Translations under genes and position numbers: made by a program
The notes under the pieces: generated by a model
Databases searched by the model: none
What the model saw: only the letters and a program-made list of their open reading frames with translations
What the model was told of the DNA's origin: nothing
Shown here: in pieces, positions 13,321-27,430 of the stretch
Layout of the letters: each line of letters begins with the position of its first letter
How positions within the stretch are numbered: the first letter of the stretch is position 1
Assembly: GCF_036321535.1 (NCBI RefSeq)
Contig: NC_087437.1
Location: 31,994,001 to 32,058,000 of the forward strand
DNA length: 64,000 bases
Direction of reading: 5' to 3'
Source: Camelus dromedarius
Lineage: Eukaryota

Positions 13321-14044
13321 TCAAAATGGCCAAGAAATAGGTCAAGACTTCATGCTCCCTGATCCTCAATGAAGAGAATTTAATGATAAATAAAACTGAT
13401 GTGAAAAGAAAGGGATAACTTTGTATAGTTGATTGGAATAGAATGCTTTTTCAGACGATTCCCTCTGAAAATTCAGAATACAGATATTTACTGAGCATCC
13501 TACTTCAGATTGAAAATCATATGAAATGAATATGTATTAATTCCCTGAGAATTCTGTTCTATTCATTAACTGACTATTAAATGAATGAAAGATAGTAATA
13601 TTTTTCTCTAATCAGAATTGAACTTGGTATAAAGTACTTAAAATGAATCAGCCTTTGTTTCTTCCTCCCTCCCTACTGTCCCCCTTCCTCACGCCCCCAC
13701 CTCCAAATATAACCTCTAGTTATAAAAGAAGTCAGAGTCAACATCATAAGCCACACATTTATGTAGGCAATCCACAAGGAAACAGAAGGCACCGCGTTCA
13801 AGTTGAGATCCCCTGGTAGACCCTCTACAGTTCGTCTTCTAAAACTTAAGTCAACAAAAAAACCCTCCCATAATAAACTGAAGAGGGACAGTGAACCAAC
13901 TAATGTAGGAATGAACAGAATAGACAGTCAAAGGGGCATATGTAATAAAATGACCCTGTAAAATTGTAAAATGGAGAAGAAATAATTATTGGTATTTTGA
14001 CTCAAGGCAAAATGCCTAGCTGGTTGGCAGAGATCAAGACCTTA

Positions 14045-14257
<213 letters not shown>

Positions 14258-14769
14258 TTATTTGGCAAGTGATCAAAAGTCAGAATTATACAGTGAACCA
14301 GAACCAAGTAAATATATTTGGAAAGTGGGCTAATAAATGATGAATTTGGTTAACCTTTCCCCCCTTTTCCCTGAAAGAATGCACAATTTAGATACGATAA
14401 TGAGAAAGTGTTGAAAGCCCTTACTCAGATTCGCGAAAGGAATATAGTTCACAAAAAGAGCATCTGGTTAGCAATTTTTAAGGTTCAAGCTTTCTGTGCT
14501 TCCTAAATCCTTCGTTTCATTGTATTCTTCCTGCATGAACTGCTTAGAAATACAGCTTTATAATCACAAACCAAGAATATTTAGCTATTTGGCAGCAAGA
14601 GTCAATGTAGTGTTCCAAAAGATGTGTTTGTCTGAATCCTCAACAGCTGCAAAGGCAAATTTACTCAACTCTTCTGAACATATTTCCACTGCCTGGAACA
14701 CACTTTACCTCCACTCTCTATATTCGAATCTTCAGTTAGTCAAAAACCAATCATCTTATGTTTCAACTC

Positions 14770-15030
14770 AAACATTGCTTCCTCTGGGAGATCTTCCCCA
14801 AACCCAGACCCAAGTGAGTCAGCCTGCTATATGTTCTCATAGCACTCAGAGTGTTTCTTTATCAGGCATCATCATTGGCAGGTGGTTATTGGCTTTTACC
14901 TCATTAATGTCTTTCTTTCCCATTCAACAGAAAGCTCTTTTTTTGTTCACTGTTGTTACACCAGGCATCTAACATAGTGCCTGGCAAATAGTACATAGTC
15001 TATACATATTTGTGGAATGAATGGATTCAT
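14770..15030 (+). mobile_element. L2 3' end
   Basis: ttgttcactgttgttacaccaggcatctaacatagtgcctggcaaatagt...atatttgtggaatgaatgga. Confidence 0.7.
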
Positions 15031-18000
15031 TTAACATTGAAGTAGCATGTGTATGATTACACATTACCAGAGAATTCGATGATCCATTATGATGACAGAA
15101 GTTTAGATGTTGAACTGAAGAATTTCATTTGTTTTACCAACTCCACAAGATTCACTCTTCAAATTCACGTGAAAGCATCTGATTTCAGGGTGGTATGACA
15201 AAACTTACTTATATACATTTATGTTCAATTTTCAGAGCACCTTGGAAGTGATGAAAGTTGTTCTATCACTGTGTAATCTGGACATCACCTCTTTGACCAC
15301 ATGACACAACTTATCCTTCCCATCCTACCATCTTTTTAAATATAAGTCAAATAACTGATGATTTCTAATGTAGGTCAAATAGACAGAGGGTTTGCCCACC
15401 TTGACAGCACTGTCAGGTTAAGAATGATGAAATGTATAGTTTTTATAAACAAAGTTCTATTAAAGTTAACTTGGTGTTTTTCCTTTCTTGTCTGATGACT
15501 AGTTAGTTGGATGGTCCATTGTCAATCCTGAATTAAGGCTAATAACTGGAACAACACATGAAATATATTGTCAGATAGGGATAGGGTTATGATGAAGAGA
15601 CAATAGGGAGTGAGTGACTTGGGGGTTGGTGCACAAGCATGTAAGTGGTCAGGAAAGAGCATGGACATTCGAGGTGACATCTGAACTGAGGTATCAGTGA
15701 TGAGAAGTGTCTCTATTTTCTGGGACACTTCATGGTGGCTTGGATGATGCATAGTAGAGGGCAGGGAAAGCGGAAACTTAAGAATCATTGACAATCAGTT
15801 TGAAGAAAATTATCTCAGTGTTCAGCTTTGATTTACTAGGAGTCATCTGATGTAGACCTTTCTTAAAGCTAGTTGCTCTTTGTAAAATTAAATTTGCCAT
15901 CAACACAGTGCTTGCTTTCTTTGTGTGGCAGCTAAATACATGGGACACCATGTCTTCCCCAAGTGCTATTCAACCTAGAGGACAGGGAAAGTTTGCTCAC
16001 AGTGTGCTCCCAGTGTTGGCCTAGGCCAGGGTTTCCATGAATGACTACTAACACATGCTGTTGAGTTATGAAGGGCGCAGCAGCCAGTCTGGGAAGAGGA
16101 GGGGAAGAACCAAGAGGAGATGGAAGAGAAAACAAACAAACTAACTAAAAAAACCAAGGAAATACCCAAGCCAAATTTTTTTTCTAAAACATCCATTTCC
16201 CATGCTTTTGAATTAGAAAAAAACCTGCTAATCTAATTGTAATGTTCAAAGATTTTTTGAGTAAGATTTCAGAAGAGTTAGATTTGATTTAACTACTATT
16301 TTCTGACTATCAAAGAGGAAACAATAATAGCTCCTACCTATCAGCTTTACAAAGCTGTTGAGAGATGAAAAATCAAAATAAAGAAATTAATCTTAGGACA
16401 CTATGTCAGTAGCAAAGAACTCCCCCACCCTCTGCTCCCTATTCTCATTAAAGAATTTACTTCACCAACTGTAACCATATTGCTTTCTTGCCTTGGTTTT
16501 AGTGGTAAGGTGATTTAATATAACTCAATGTTATTTAGTAACAGTATGCTTTTTTCCAGTCTTAGTTTTTCATATTTACTCAAAGAAACATTTGAAATAG
16601 TCATGATATCTGAGTTGATTTGAAATCATGATTGGTTTAAGTAATATTTAAGTACATAGATCCTTCTGGATCTGACATAGAGAATTAGTTACAAGTTCTT
16701 CTAAATGTAGATCCGAATCTCCTCAAGGCAGGACCAAATGTTTCACCTGAAGTGTATGTGACAAAAGTCATATTTGACCAAATAGCTAAAGGAATTGTTT
16801 GAGACATGGAGTGGCTGGGATAGCATACCCACAGACCCCTATGCCCATAACAACCGTGAGAGACTCCAGACAGAATGACAGGCTTACTTGAGAAAGAAAG
16901 GATGAAGAACGGTGGAGAAATGCTGCTAAGTAAAGACTTTTCATTGTAGTCCAGGGAAAGTGGGTCCCAGGGGAAAAGCCCATGGAAAGGGTTTTAGGAA
17001 GGAATGTTAGCAGCACTTTAAACTAGCTGCATGTTAGGGCCCCAATTTAGGCATCACAGTTAGCTTCAAATAATTCGTAAACATCAGGCTACTTGTAGCC
17101 ATAAGATTGACTTTAAAATAGTTTCAAAAGGCAAAAAAAGAAAGACTTAAATTTTTTTTTCCAGCGGCTATTCCATGTTCAAAAAACAATTTCTTATAAT
17201 TATGTCTAGCATATGCGTGACCCGCCATGTATCCTTTTAATAGGTCTGTTGCCCATAGCATGTCCTTGTAAGCAATAATTCTCATACGGTATCACGATCT
17301 CTTGATGGTCAATCAGGGAACTAATTCTTTTTAAGGATGATCATATTTCACTCGAGAAATAACATGTGTTATGAGACTATGAGGGAATAATCATGCGCAT
17401 ATAGGGTATTTAAATATTTTCTCACTTGCCAGTTAACACATTATTTCATTCACAGAACCACAATTTGGCTAAGACATTCTCTACTGACCTGAATCTGTTC
17501 CTTTTTAAAATTATCAGTTGGCTGAAAAAACTATGGAATATTAAACTGAATTCTCTAGTGCAACTGGAACCCAAACTATTACCATAGTTCTTCTGAAGCC
17601 CCATTAGAAAGGATTTTTATCAACTTAAAAGTCTTTTGGAATGCTAATACAAATGTTTATACATTAATTGTATTCCTTTTTGTGCACCAAAAGTTGAAAA
17701 GATTTTATGTTGATAAAAGATGAAATTTGAAGGTGTTGGTCTTAACATAAAGTTGGTGAATTAAGAGTGAAATAATATCAGATACAGATACCTTAAACCA
17801 ATAAAGAATACTCCTCTGTTAATCTACCAACCATATCCAATCCAACACATACTTTTGAGCACAAATAAGGTGCAAGGCACTGTGTTTACATCTGAGGGAG
17901 TCACAAAGCCCAACTCAGATGGAACTTGAATATCATCTTGTGGGGAGATAAAGCATTTTACAAATTCTACAACTCAATATAAAGTTTGGCAAGTGCCACC

Positions 18001-18360
18001 AGAGAAGTAAAAGCCAAGATTACAGAACTCAAAGAAAGGAAATTCTACTTCTAACTGGGAGAGGATGACACGAAACCTGGGCTCCCACTGAAGAAGGGAG
18101 AAAGGATCTTCTAGGAAGAGTGCAGAGAAGGCCTGAGGTAACAAGAAGGACATGTGAGGGAAGGCACATGAAAAGAAAAACACTTAAAGAAGCTGGAAGA
18201 ATCAACAAACTCAGAAGCAAGTTCATAAAGCTGTTGCTTTGATCAAAGTCATGGGCTGAAGATGGAGGGTCTGCAGGAAATTCAAGATTTTTTGGTGTAA
18301 GATCCCAATTATCAAACAGTCATGGGAGGTCATATTGGACTTCATTTGAGAAGTATTCTG

Positions 18361-18671
18361 CAAACCAGAAATAGACTCATGAACACAGAAAACAAACTAT
18401 GGTTACCAAAGGGAAAAGTAGGGGAGAGAGATAAATTAGGAGTTTGGGATTAACAGATACACACTATTATATATAAAATAGATAAACAACAAGGATCTAA
18501 TATATAGCACAGGGAACTATATTCAAAATCTTGTAATAAGCTATAATGGAAAAGAATCTGAAAATATACATATATATGTATAATATATATATATCTGAAT
18601 CACTTTGCTGTGCACCTGAAGCTAACATTGTAAATCAACTATACTTCAATAAAAAATAAAATAAAATAAAA
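18361..18671 (+). mobile_element. 5'-truncated artiodactyl-type L1 3'UTR with A-rich tail
   Basis: aaatagactcatgaacacagaaaacaaactatggttaccaaaggg...agcacagggaactatattcaa...gtaaatcaactatacttcaataaaaaataaaataaaataaaa. Confidence 0.85.
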
Positions 18672-18789
18672 CTCTTCTGAAGCCCCATTAGAAAGGACTT
18701 TGCTTTTCTTAAGGACTAAGGAGAGGGGTAGAGCCTGTGAAGGTCTAGCAGCACAGGCATGAAGCCTCATGGACCCAAGATGGGACCAG

Positions 18790-19170
18790 CTATGGATCAG
18801 GCATGGTCCTGGCAGGAAACAGAGGGCAGATCAAGCTGGGTAATTGAAAGGAGTTAATAAAGGGGCTGTTACACAGATATGGGAAAGGAGTAGGAAAAGC
18901 ACTATAGTACTCTGAAGCCAGGAACCATGGGGAGGCATAACATCCCTCTCTGGTTGGAAAGGAAAGAAGAGAGAAGAGTTAGGACCCAGAGGGAGACCTG
19001 TATGCAGAGTGCTGCTTGACAGGACCTGTGGACTTGGGCGAGGACAGTCAACCTGAAGTAATCAAGCAGGGAGGGAATTGGGAATAAGCAAGCCAGCCTC
19101 ACTCTGCTCCCTCCCTCTGATCTCTCCTGCCAGAATGTACCTGAAAGTCAGCGGTAAGGAGATTGGAACA
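18790..19170 (-). mobile_element. Old MaLR LTR fragment (MLT1M/N-like)
   Basis: ggtcctggcaggaaacagagggcagatcaagctgggtaattgaaaggagttaataaagggg resembles the reverse of an old MLT1 3' end. Confidence 0.45.
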
Positions 19171-19699
19171 CCCTGGAGTGACACCCATTCTATACTGGGT
19201 GTAGGAAGCAGGAAAGCTTCCTGGAGTAGACGTCTGAGCTGAATTCTGAAGGGCAAGGAGTAGTGATGAAGGTGAAGGGAGGAAGCGTATTCTGAAAAAT
19301 AAAATCACATGCAAAGGGCTGAGGCTGAGAGAGGGGGCATGAAATGCATTCTAGGAACTGTCACTAATTCTATGTGATGAAAATCTGGTGGGACTTGGAG
19401 AGGAAGAAATGAGTGTGAGATTCAAGGAGAGACCAATCCAAAAGACCTTTGGCATCATGCAAAGTGGAAGCTAATGCTTTGTAATGTAACATAATGTAAA
19501 CTAATTTCTGTAGTCATACAACTCCTCTTATCTCAAGAGCACAAGTTCAATAATTCAAGGTCTCCAACTTGTTTTAAGATTTGTTGCAATTGTGAATATA
19601 TCTGTAGCCAATTATAATTTAAACATAGTGTGTTGAATGCCATGTTTACTCCTTACTATGATGAATCATACAGGGCTGTACCAAAGACTTTCTCTGGTA

Positions 19700-20075
19700 T
19701 AGGCCTATAGTTAATGGGACAGGGCAATGACTTTGGAGCCAGACCTCAGCTGAAGTCCAGAATCTGCTACATAACAGCTGACTGATCTTGTGCAAATTAT
19801 TTAACTTCACTAAGCTTCAGTTTTCTCCTCTTTAGAGTTGTCATGCTTCACAACAGGGCCGCTATGAATGGTTATGCAGCTTGTTCACTGGATAAGAGCA
19901 CTTAGCCAAGGGGTGAGTATGGGCTGAAATTCAGCCTGAATTTTGCTGTTTAAGTCATACATCCCCAAATGGACATCATAAAGGCACCCAAAAATGCTGT
20001 AAGGGTTAACAGTGGCCTTACTTAACTAAGTCTTGGTACATACTAAGGGATCAACAAATAGTAGCTACTATCATT
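19700..20075 (+). mobile_element. MIR interrupted by a MER91-like hAT MITE (~19854-20018)
   Basis: MIR core (ttatttaacttcactaagcttcagttttctc) resumes after an insert with termini cagggccgct...agtggcctt and internal gggctgaaattcagcc. Confidence 0.6.
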
Positions 20076-21381
20076 ACATTCATGACCATGATCATGAACA
20101 TAAAATCATCATCATCTTTTACAGTGATGATGAACAGGTGTTTTGTTTTTTTTTTAAATAAATACCATATCCTAATGGCTTTAGGATAAAACCAGTCTCC
20201 CTCCCTCCAATTAAGATTATAATGGAACTTGTATGGAAGTGTTAGGAATAGAGAGAGAATTCAGAGTAGGATGGGAAATCCTTTTAAGGTTCAAGGACTG
20301 CCAGCTTTGAACTTGAGATGTGACAGGCAATTCAAAGAGTCCCAAAAGGGAGGTGAACTCTTCTGTTTTTGAGTGATCGATCCATTTATTCACCAAGACT
20401 GCCATTTTCAAGCAAATCCAATAATGGATTGGGCTGCCTTGGGAGAGTTTTCCACATCATTGGTGGTTGCTCTCTTTTCTTCCAGACGTTCTGTTTGTTC
20501 TTAGGACAGAAGATGGTGACTTCTATCTCTGCCCATAACTACTATTCACACTGTACACCGACTTCCATCCAGACTCAAAAATTCCTTATACTGTGTGCTT
20601 TTTGGCTTATGCAACTTTTTTCTTGAAAGTATTGCACTGTGCACAAATAATTATGACTGTCATGAATATAATTTGTGATATTTGATTTCTTAGATATTCT
20701 TTCCTGATTATTAAAGACAAATACCTTCAACAGAAAGCATTTTCTGGAAGAAAAATGTAAATCTCAGATATATAGTTTTAAAATAAGAACTGAGGAAAAG
20801 TATGTCTTTTAAAAAAATTTCCCTTGAAATCACTGCTTCTGGGAACCACACCTCCTACAGAGTCTGTAGGGAATTTCTTTGTATGTATTGAGAGTCTCAA
20901 ATTTACTTCAATTCCCTTCCATGGTTTTACTGATTTTCGTGTGTGTGTGCTGGTTCTAATAAAGCCAACTCTGATTACAGAGGAAATGCTTAAAGAAATA
21001 TTAAGTGAGGAGGAGCCATATTTAGTGGCCTGTCTGTGGTTTCTGAAATCATTAAGGATTGTAATGAATGGCATGTTTCATATGAATATCCAGGCAGTGT
21101 TTGGGGGGGGGGGGTCATATTTCCCTATCAGTAGTGAATAAACAATAAGGCATAATCCAGCATTGATTTTGCAACATCTCATAAGATGTGTGGGGTCTAA
21201 AATAGGACAAATTCAATTTGACAGCTGCCCTTTAAGGATACTTTGATGTGTGACTGAAATGGCTTCCTTTCTCAATAATTTCACATCCATCAAAACACAG
21301 TCTGCTTTCTAGGCTTCTTTATTAATTGTTGAAATAGTGATCTAAAAAAAGCCTCAGAACTATTATTTTATAAGCCTGTAG

Positions 21382-21545
21382 AGCAATGTTTTCCAACTGT
21401 GTTCTGAGGGCCACCTACATTGAAATCACTTGCTGGCTTGTTAAAATGCACATTCTAGGGCACCACCCCAAACCTAATGAATCATAATTTTGGGGTAGGG
21501 TGAGGGGCCCTGCATTTTTAACAGGACACCCAGGTGATTCTAATT
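21382..21545. mobile_element. MER5-like hAT-Charlie MITE
   Basis: cttgttaaaatgcacattctagggcaccacccca...ctgcatttttaacagg...caggtgattcta. Confidence 0.7.
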
Positions 21546-22704
21546 TAGCTCAAAAACTTCTAGGAAATGATAATAGCTTCATGTTAGATGACAGTACTAG
21601 GTCATATAATATCCAAGATAGTAAAACTATAAAAGCAATAGTGGGAAGAAAATTGTCATGACCTTTCTATAAAATTCAAGACTAGGACAGCAGTATAAGA
21701 TCATATGTGTGTCCTTGGCTTAAGTTAACAGAGTTGTAGAAAAAAATGCTCAGAATCAGTGTTTGTGGGATTTGGCTCAGTTATTGTTTCATCAGTGAAA
21801 CAAAAGTTCTAAGGTCACTTGGCAAGAAGGTAACCTGTTTAGTAGTTCTGAGCAGTAAGTATGGTCACCTTTGTGCCTTTATGGGAAGCTATCAAAGAGG
21901 ACTGGCCCAGACTTGCCCACTAATGAGTGATAGGGACCCGTGGGAAAAGAGAAGAAATGGTGGAAAGGAATGGAGAGAACTGCTCAGTCTTAGACTTGAA
22001 CTTTAAATAAGAAAGGGGTCCACACTCATTTCCCATGTTGTCATCCCATTAATATGATCTCATGGGTAGGTACTGTGGGCAACATCTGGCTATAGGGTTT
22101 TAGATAGTTTTAAAAGTCGAGTGCTTTCCCACACTGCCTGAACATTGTAGAAGTTTCCTTAAATGAGGAAAAACAGATCTGACATCCTTGTACCAGATCT
22201 GTGATAAGGAGGGTCATCTTGTCTGGGCTGTACAAGTTGAGCTCGTGTTAGCCATTGTTCCACCTGCACAGACATCCTTGGTATTTAAGAGTATTCCAAC
22301 GTGTGTCTACACTGCGTTTGTGGAATTATTTAACACAAGTTCCGTCTGTTGTGGTTCAATGCTTGGCCTCAAACCTTTTGCCAATAAATACAAGTTTTAC
22401 AGTGTCTGCATTGGAAGCTTATCTATAACATATACATCATGACATTTGACATACATACATACACACACACAATGCCTCATTCTCTGTTAAATAAAATGAT
22501 CTCTCATAGTACTTTTGAAAAGAACTTATTTAAGAAACTACTGTTTACGTGAAGAATAATTTGGCACAAAAGGCACACCGCAAATGCCACCATTTGAATA
22601 CTTTTTTTCTCTTAAAATGAATCACTGTGAATTCATTAATTTGTTTTTTTGTCATCACTTGCTTAAGAAAAATTTTGCTAAAAATTTTCTGAGAAGATAC
22701 AGAA

Positions 22705-24240
22705 TTGGTTGTTCACTTATTTGGTAAATATGTATTGAGTATCTATTGTGTGCTATGGATTGAGGATAGATGGATGAGAGGTGTTCCCTCCAAAGAAATA
22801 GTTTACTGGAGGAAACAGACATGAATCAAATATTCACACACAACCCCCCCCCTTAAGAACCCAAAACAACAACAAAAAACAAGATGACAGGTGTAACAAA
22901 TGTTATAAGGAGAGGTCCGAAGTCCTTTGAGGACCTTAGCATCAGTCAGGAGGTTATAGAAAGCTTCCCTGAGGCAGTGAATCTGAGTTATAATAGGAAG
23001 GCTAAGATCTACATTAATGAGGTGATCGGAAAAGGGCACCCCTAGCAGAAGAACAGCAGATACAAAAGCCTGGTGGCAGGAAGAAGTGTGGTGAGTATAG
23101 GAAACTGAAAAGAGGTCCTTCTGGCCAGAGCAGAGAGGAGCAGACAGTATGGGGTACAAGAGGAGGCTGAAGAGGCTGGGAGAGATCATTGCATGTGAGG
23201 CTGTCAGGAGTATGATGTGGAGTTTGGGGAGCCACTGTATGGTTTTTTGCAGGGGGTGGTCCCATCAGATTTGTGCTTTGAAGAGGACATTCTGGCTGCA
23301 GATCTCTGAGGGAGATCTGAAGGTCCAAGTAGCTGAGTCAGGAGACTATTGCCATTATTTTAGGTAAGAAGTGATGGTAGTTTGCTCTAGGGTGATGGAG
23401 GGAGGTAGACAGAGTTGAGAGTAATTGAGAAGGTAAAATCCAGAATACTAGATGAGAGATTAGATAGGCGTGAGGGAGAGGACATTCATTCTGAGTTGAT
23501 GAAACAGAATGAATGATGATGTATTTATTGAGATGGGGAATGCTGGAAGAAAATCAAATGTTTTTAGGGGCAAGGGTGGGGCATTTACGAGTTTTAATTT
23601 AAATAAACTGAGTTTGAGATGACTTTTTTAAAAAAAGTCGTAAGTTGCCAATAGCACTTTATTTTTTCTCTTCAACATCTTGTTCTGCAGTTGAGATGCC
23701 TTTGAAGCACCAAGCAGGTGATGGGAGAAGTAAATCTAGAGTTCAGAGGAGGAGCCTGGACTGCAGATACACATTTGGGAGTTGTCTCATGGAAGCGGTT
23801 ATGGAAGCTGTGGAACCAGTGGAGACTGACCAGGGAGAGAGTTAGAGTGAGGGGAAGTGAGATGCTCTAACAATGAAGAGCTGGATAGAGAAAGGTGGGC
23901 CTGGAAAGGAGGCTGAGAAGGAGCACTAAGAGTAGGAGGGAGAGCAGAGGAGTGATTTGTCATGGAAGCTAAAGGCAGAAATGTTTGAAGGAGGAGCAAC
24001 TGGCCAACAGAATTGAATGCTGCTAAAAGGCAAGTGACACAAGAACTGAAATATACCCAGTACCTGGGACCTGCACGACCTTAATGACCACAGACATAAT
24101 GGGTTTAGAAGCCAGAATACAGAGGGTTGAGTCAGGAGGAGGAGGAGGCAGGAAATACAGAGTGAGTAGTGACAACTCTTTTGGCTTTCAAGAGGAGGCA
24201 GAGAGGCAGTAGGTGGAGGCAAAGGAGATTTAAGCCAGTT
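22705..24240 (-). mobile_element. Long L2 segment, including the 3' end
   Basis: Reverse-complement L2 tail (ttcacttatttggtaaatatgtattgagtatctattgtgtg) followed by ~1.5 kb of purine-rich L2-like sequence. Confidence 0.75.
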
Positions 24241-24257
24241 CAGTGGATTTAAAAGCC

Positions 24258-24513
24258 AATGGTTACCGGGGGCAGGGGGGGGGGGTATAAATTGGGAGTT
24301 TGAGATTTTCAGATACTGACTACTATAAACAAGATGGATTAAAAAACAAGGTCCTACTGCATAGTACAGGGAACTATATTCAATACCTTTTAATGGTCTA
24401 TAATGAAAATGAATATGAAAAGGAGTATGTATATATATGTATAAATGAATCACTATGCTGTATCCAGAAATTAACACAACATTGTAAATCGACAATACTT
24501 CAATTGAAAAAAA
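24258..24513 (+). mobile_element. 5'-truncated artiodactyl-type L1 3'UTR
   Basis: atggttaccggggg...aacaaggtcctactgcatagtacagggaactatattcaatacc...gacaatacttcaattgaaaaaaa; same family as 18361-18671. Confidence 0.85.
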
Positions 24514-25676
24514 TGGGAGTTTAAATGAAGAATGGAAAATTCTATTTAAGAGAAAAAAGGAAGAGTAATCTACGCTGTGCAGTTTCTGAGAAGGTTGGAA
24601 GGATAAGACCCAAGGCAAAATATGACCACACCACTGAAATATTTGATGACTTCATTCTCAGTAGCTGCTAAATGCACTTGTATGTCTTTTGCATCGGTGA
24701 GCTTGTGGCTGAAAAACAAATTTCATTCCTTATGTATTTGTATAGGTCAATAAAAAATTAGATTTACTCCAAAAGATGGTGATTAGAACTCTTTTAAAAT
24801 CTATTAAATGCTTTATTTTAAGAAGCTATGTAAAAATTCTTTAAATCGATGTCTTTTAAATGTGTGTAGTGATAGACTGATTTACTCACTTTAGTCTGCC
24901 TTTCTAAAGTGTGCTTCTCTTCCTCCATATGTTGGATTGTCTCATCTTTTATTCTCCAAGTACAAAAGGACACATTTCAATGCCTGGTTTGTTTGTGGGT
25001 AACCACGGAGTGACTCAGGCTTTGCTGCACGTATACTTTCCCCTTTCAAGATAAGACTGTTGTTGACCCAATAAGGAGCAGCAGAAGAATTAGGATAGTG
25101 ATGCTGGCGGAAAAATAGAAATTAACCCCTGAATGGTGTTGGGTGCTGATCTTAGCTTATTTCTCATCGAGGCTCACGGGTTATTAGCAAGTTTACTATG
25201 GATTCTATTGTGTATGTGTGTATTGAAACCTTTTAGTAAAATATTATAATTGGGTACCCGTATGGAATTGGAACCTTGTAAACAGCAATGTTTTCTTATA
25301 AAGTTTACTTCACAAAAGTTGCTATTTCAAGGTTTCAGTTTAGTAAGCTTTTTTTTTAAACTGTAAGAAAGAATTAGATTTTACAGTTGCATTTCAAAAC
25401 AAATCCTATTTCTTCCATAGTCATCCCATCACTTTATGTGATCCATGAATTATTCAATCATCCATCTATATGCCAAAAACTTGTTAAATGCTACCATGTT
25501 CCAGGTAATGTATGGTTCTTCCTTCTCTAGCTTACTGTCTAGTGGGGAAAACTGATGGCAATGTGCTGTGTATACTACAGAAGGTGTGAGCAGAGAATGG
25601 AAAGGACAGAGAGGAGTTTATTCTGTCAGTGTGGTGTGTCCATGTATGCCAGTGTGTCTGCAGGTATCTGTGCGAA

Positions 25677-25679
25677 AGA

Positions 25680-25712
<33 letters not shown>

Positions 25713-25719
25713 GGAGAGA
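25677..25719 (+). repeat. Imperfect (GA)n microsatellite
   Basis: Seen directly in the sequence. Confidence 0.9.
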
Positions 25720-27234
25720 AAGAATATGAGTATGTGGGAAATCTTAACAGAGAGGCACAGAACAGAGAGACAGGAAGAGGGGAAAAGGAAAAAAATTTCA
25801 GGATAGTAACGTCTCTGAATTGATGAGTGCGTATTTGTTTTGTCATTAAGTAATTTAAAGTATTTTTGAACAAAAACAGGCTGGGGTTCAGTTTTATGTA
25901 CTCAGTCCATATTCAGCAGTCACTGGCAGTATATACGTGTGAAGATGGAACGTTATCCTGCCCAAGCACTGCACTGTTTTGGGGGGCTCCAACCACATTT
26001 AACATGGATGGCAACGTTCTTGCATAGTGTGGTAGGAGGGAAGGCATCATAAGACAAACCCAGCCATCGTACAAATCCAAAGTGGGTTTTCTTTCGTCAC
26101 CCTTAAAGTTCTGCGAAAAGCTGGCACTGAAATTACATGGAAAAGTTTCATGTTAATGGACCTACAAGGCTATTTATGTCTTACGAGTTGGGACCTCAGA
26201 GGTATTTTGGTCCATTTTCATGCTGGCGTCTGGAGTAGAGGGCCATCTAGCCCGTGCTGAAGGGGCCCGCCAAAGGAGAATCACACTGTTACCAGTTTCT
26301 AGTGTCTGAAGAAAATCTGACAGAGGTCTTTCTTATCCCAGTATCACCTTGAAACCATCTCTATTTGCCCATGTGATATAATGGACAGTGTGCTCTTATA
26401 GCACAAATATTTGAAATTGAATTCTAAAAGGGAATCTTTTCAGAAGGCTGTCTGAAAAAAATTTTTTTCATTCTCTTTTGTAACCTAAGAAGACCTCCTA
26501 CGGACAATCACATTCAATATCTAAGTATCTAGTGACTAAGAGAGTAATCACACTGGCAAGCTCTCAGATCCACAGAGGAAGACACAAGTGCCAAAACTGA
26601 GCTGTCTCTGAACTGTTTTCTGTGGGAGTAAGAACAAAGGCATCCCATGTGTCTCAAGAGACAAGACTGAAAGTCACGATTTAGTTCCTCTTCCTCCTTT
26701 TAATAAATGCGACTGACTAGAAAGCCAGATGCGTTCCAGGATGGTCCAGCTGACTAACTCTTACTGTTAACGTGTACTAGCAGTTCCGAGACACAAGGAC
26801 GACTGATAAAGGGGATTTGTTTTGTTTTCCAGAAATAGGTTCTGTTCTGTTCGATCTACTTGCTCAATCTCTAGTCTCTCATTCATGTGGAGTAATGCGA
26901 TTGGCAATAACACCACCAGGCAAGTCTCTGAAGATTTTTGAGTTATTTCAGTGATTTTTTAAAATCTTCTGCTCTGTACTTTTATAAAATGATTATTGGA
27001 AACTGAATCAGCAATTGGAGGGATTGGAAAGAGCTTCTTCGTAACTGTTCCCCACGTGTAATCATTTCCCACACGTTATCATATCAAATACCCCTGCTCT
27101 TAAGCAGATTAAATCATTGGAGTGGTAGATCACTCCTCAGTCTTTCCAACATATTATGACATTATGGAATAATTTTTCTTGTAATTTTCAATATTCTATG
27201 TCTTTTAACTTGGATTTGCCCTAGAGATCGAATT

Positions 27235-27430
27235 TTCAGGTTCAGGAATTAACCTGGATTAAAATTCTAGCTTTACCACTTAGTAGCTATATGACTTTGG
27301 AAAAACTACTTAACCTCTCTGTGTTTCAGTTTCCTGGTCTGTAAAATGACTCAATAGTGGTAAGAAAATGAGAAAAATGCATGTAAAACTTGGCACACAG
27401 TTAGCATATAAATACCAGCAATTATAATAA
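27235..27430 (+). mobile_element. MIR
   Basis: acctggattaaaattctagctttaccacttagtagctatatgactttggaaaaactacttaacctctctgtgtttcagtttcc. Confidence 0.75.

Noticed and set aside
23926..24618. Longest ORF in the track (230 aa, minus strand)
   Set aside because: It runs through an antisense L1 3'UTR and adjacent L2 sequence. The S/L/F/P-rich peptide shows no domain or splice evidence.
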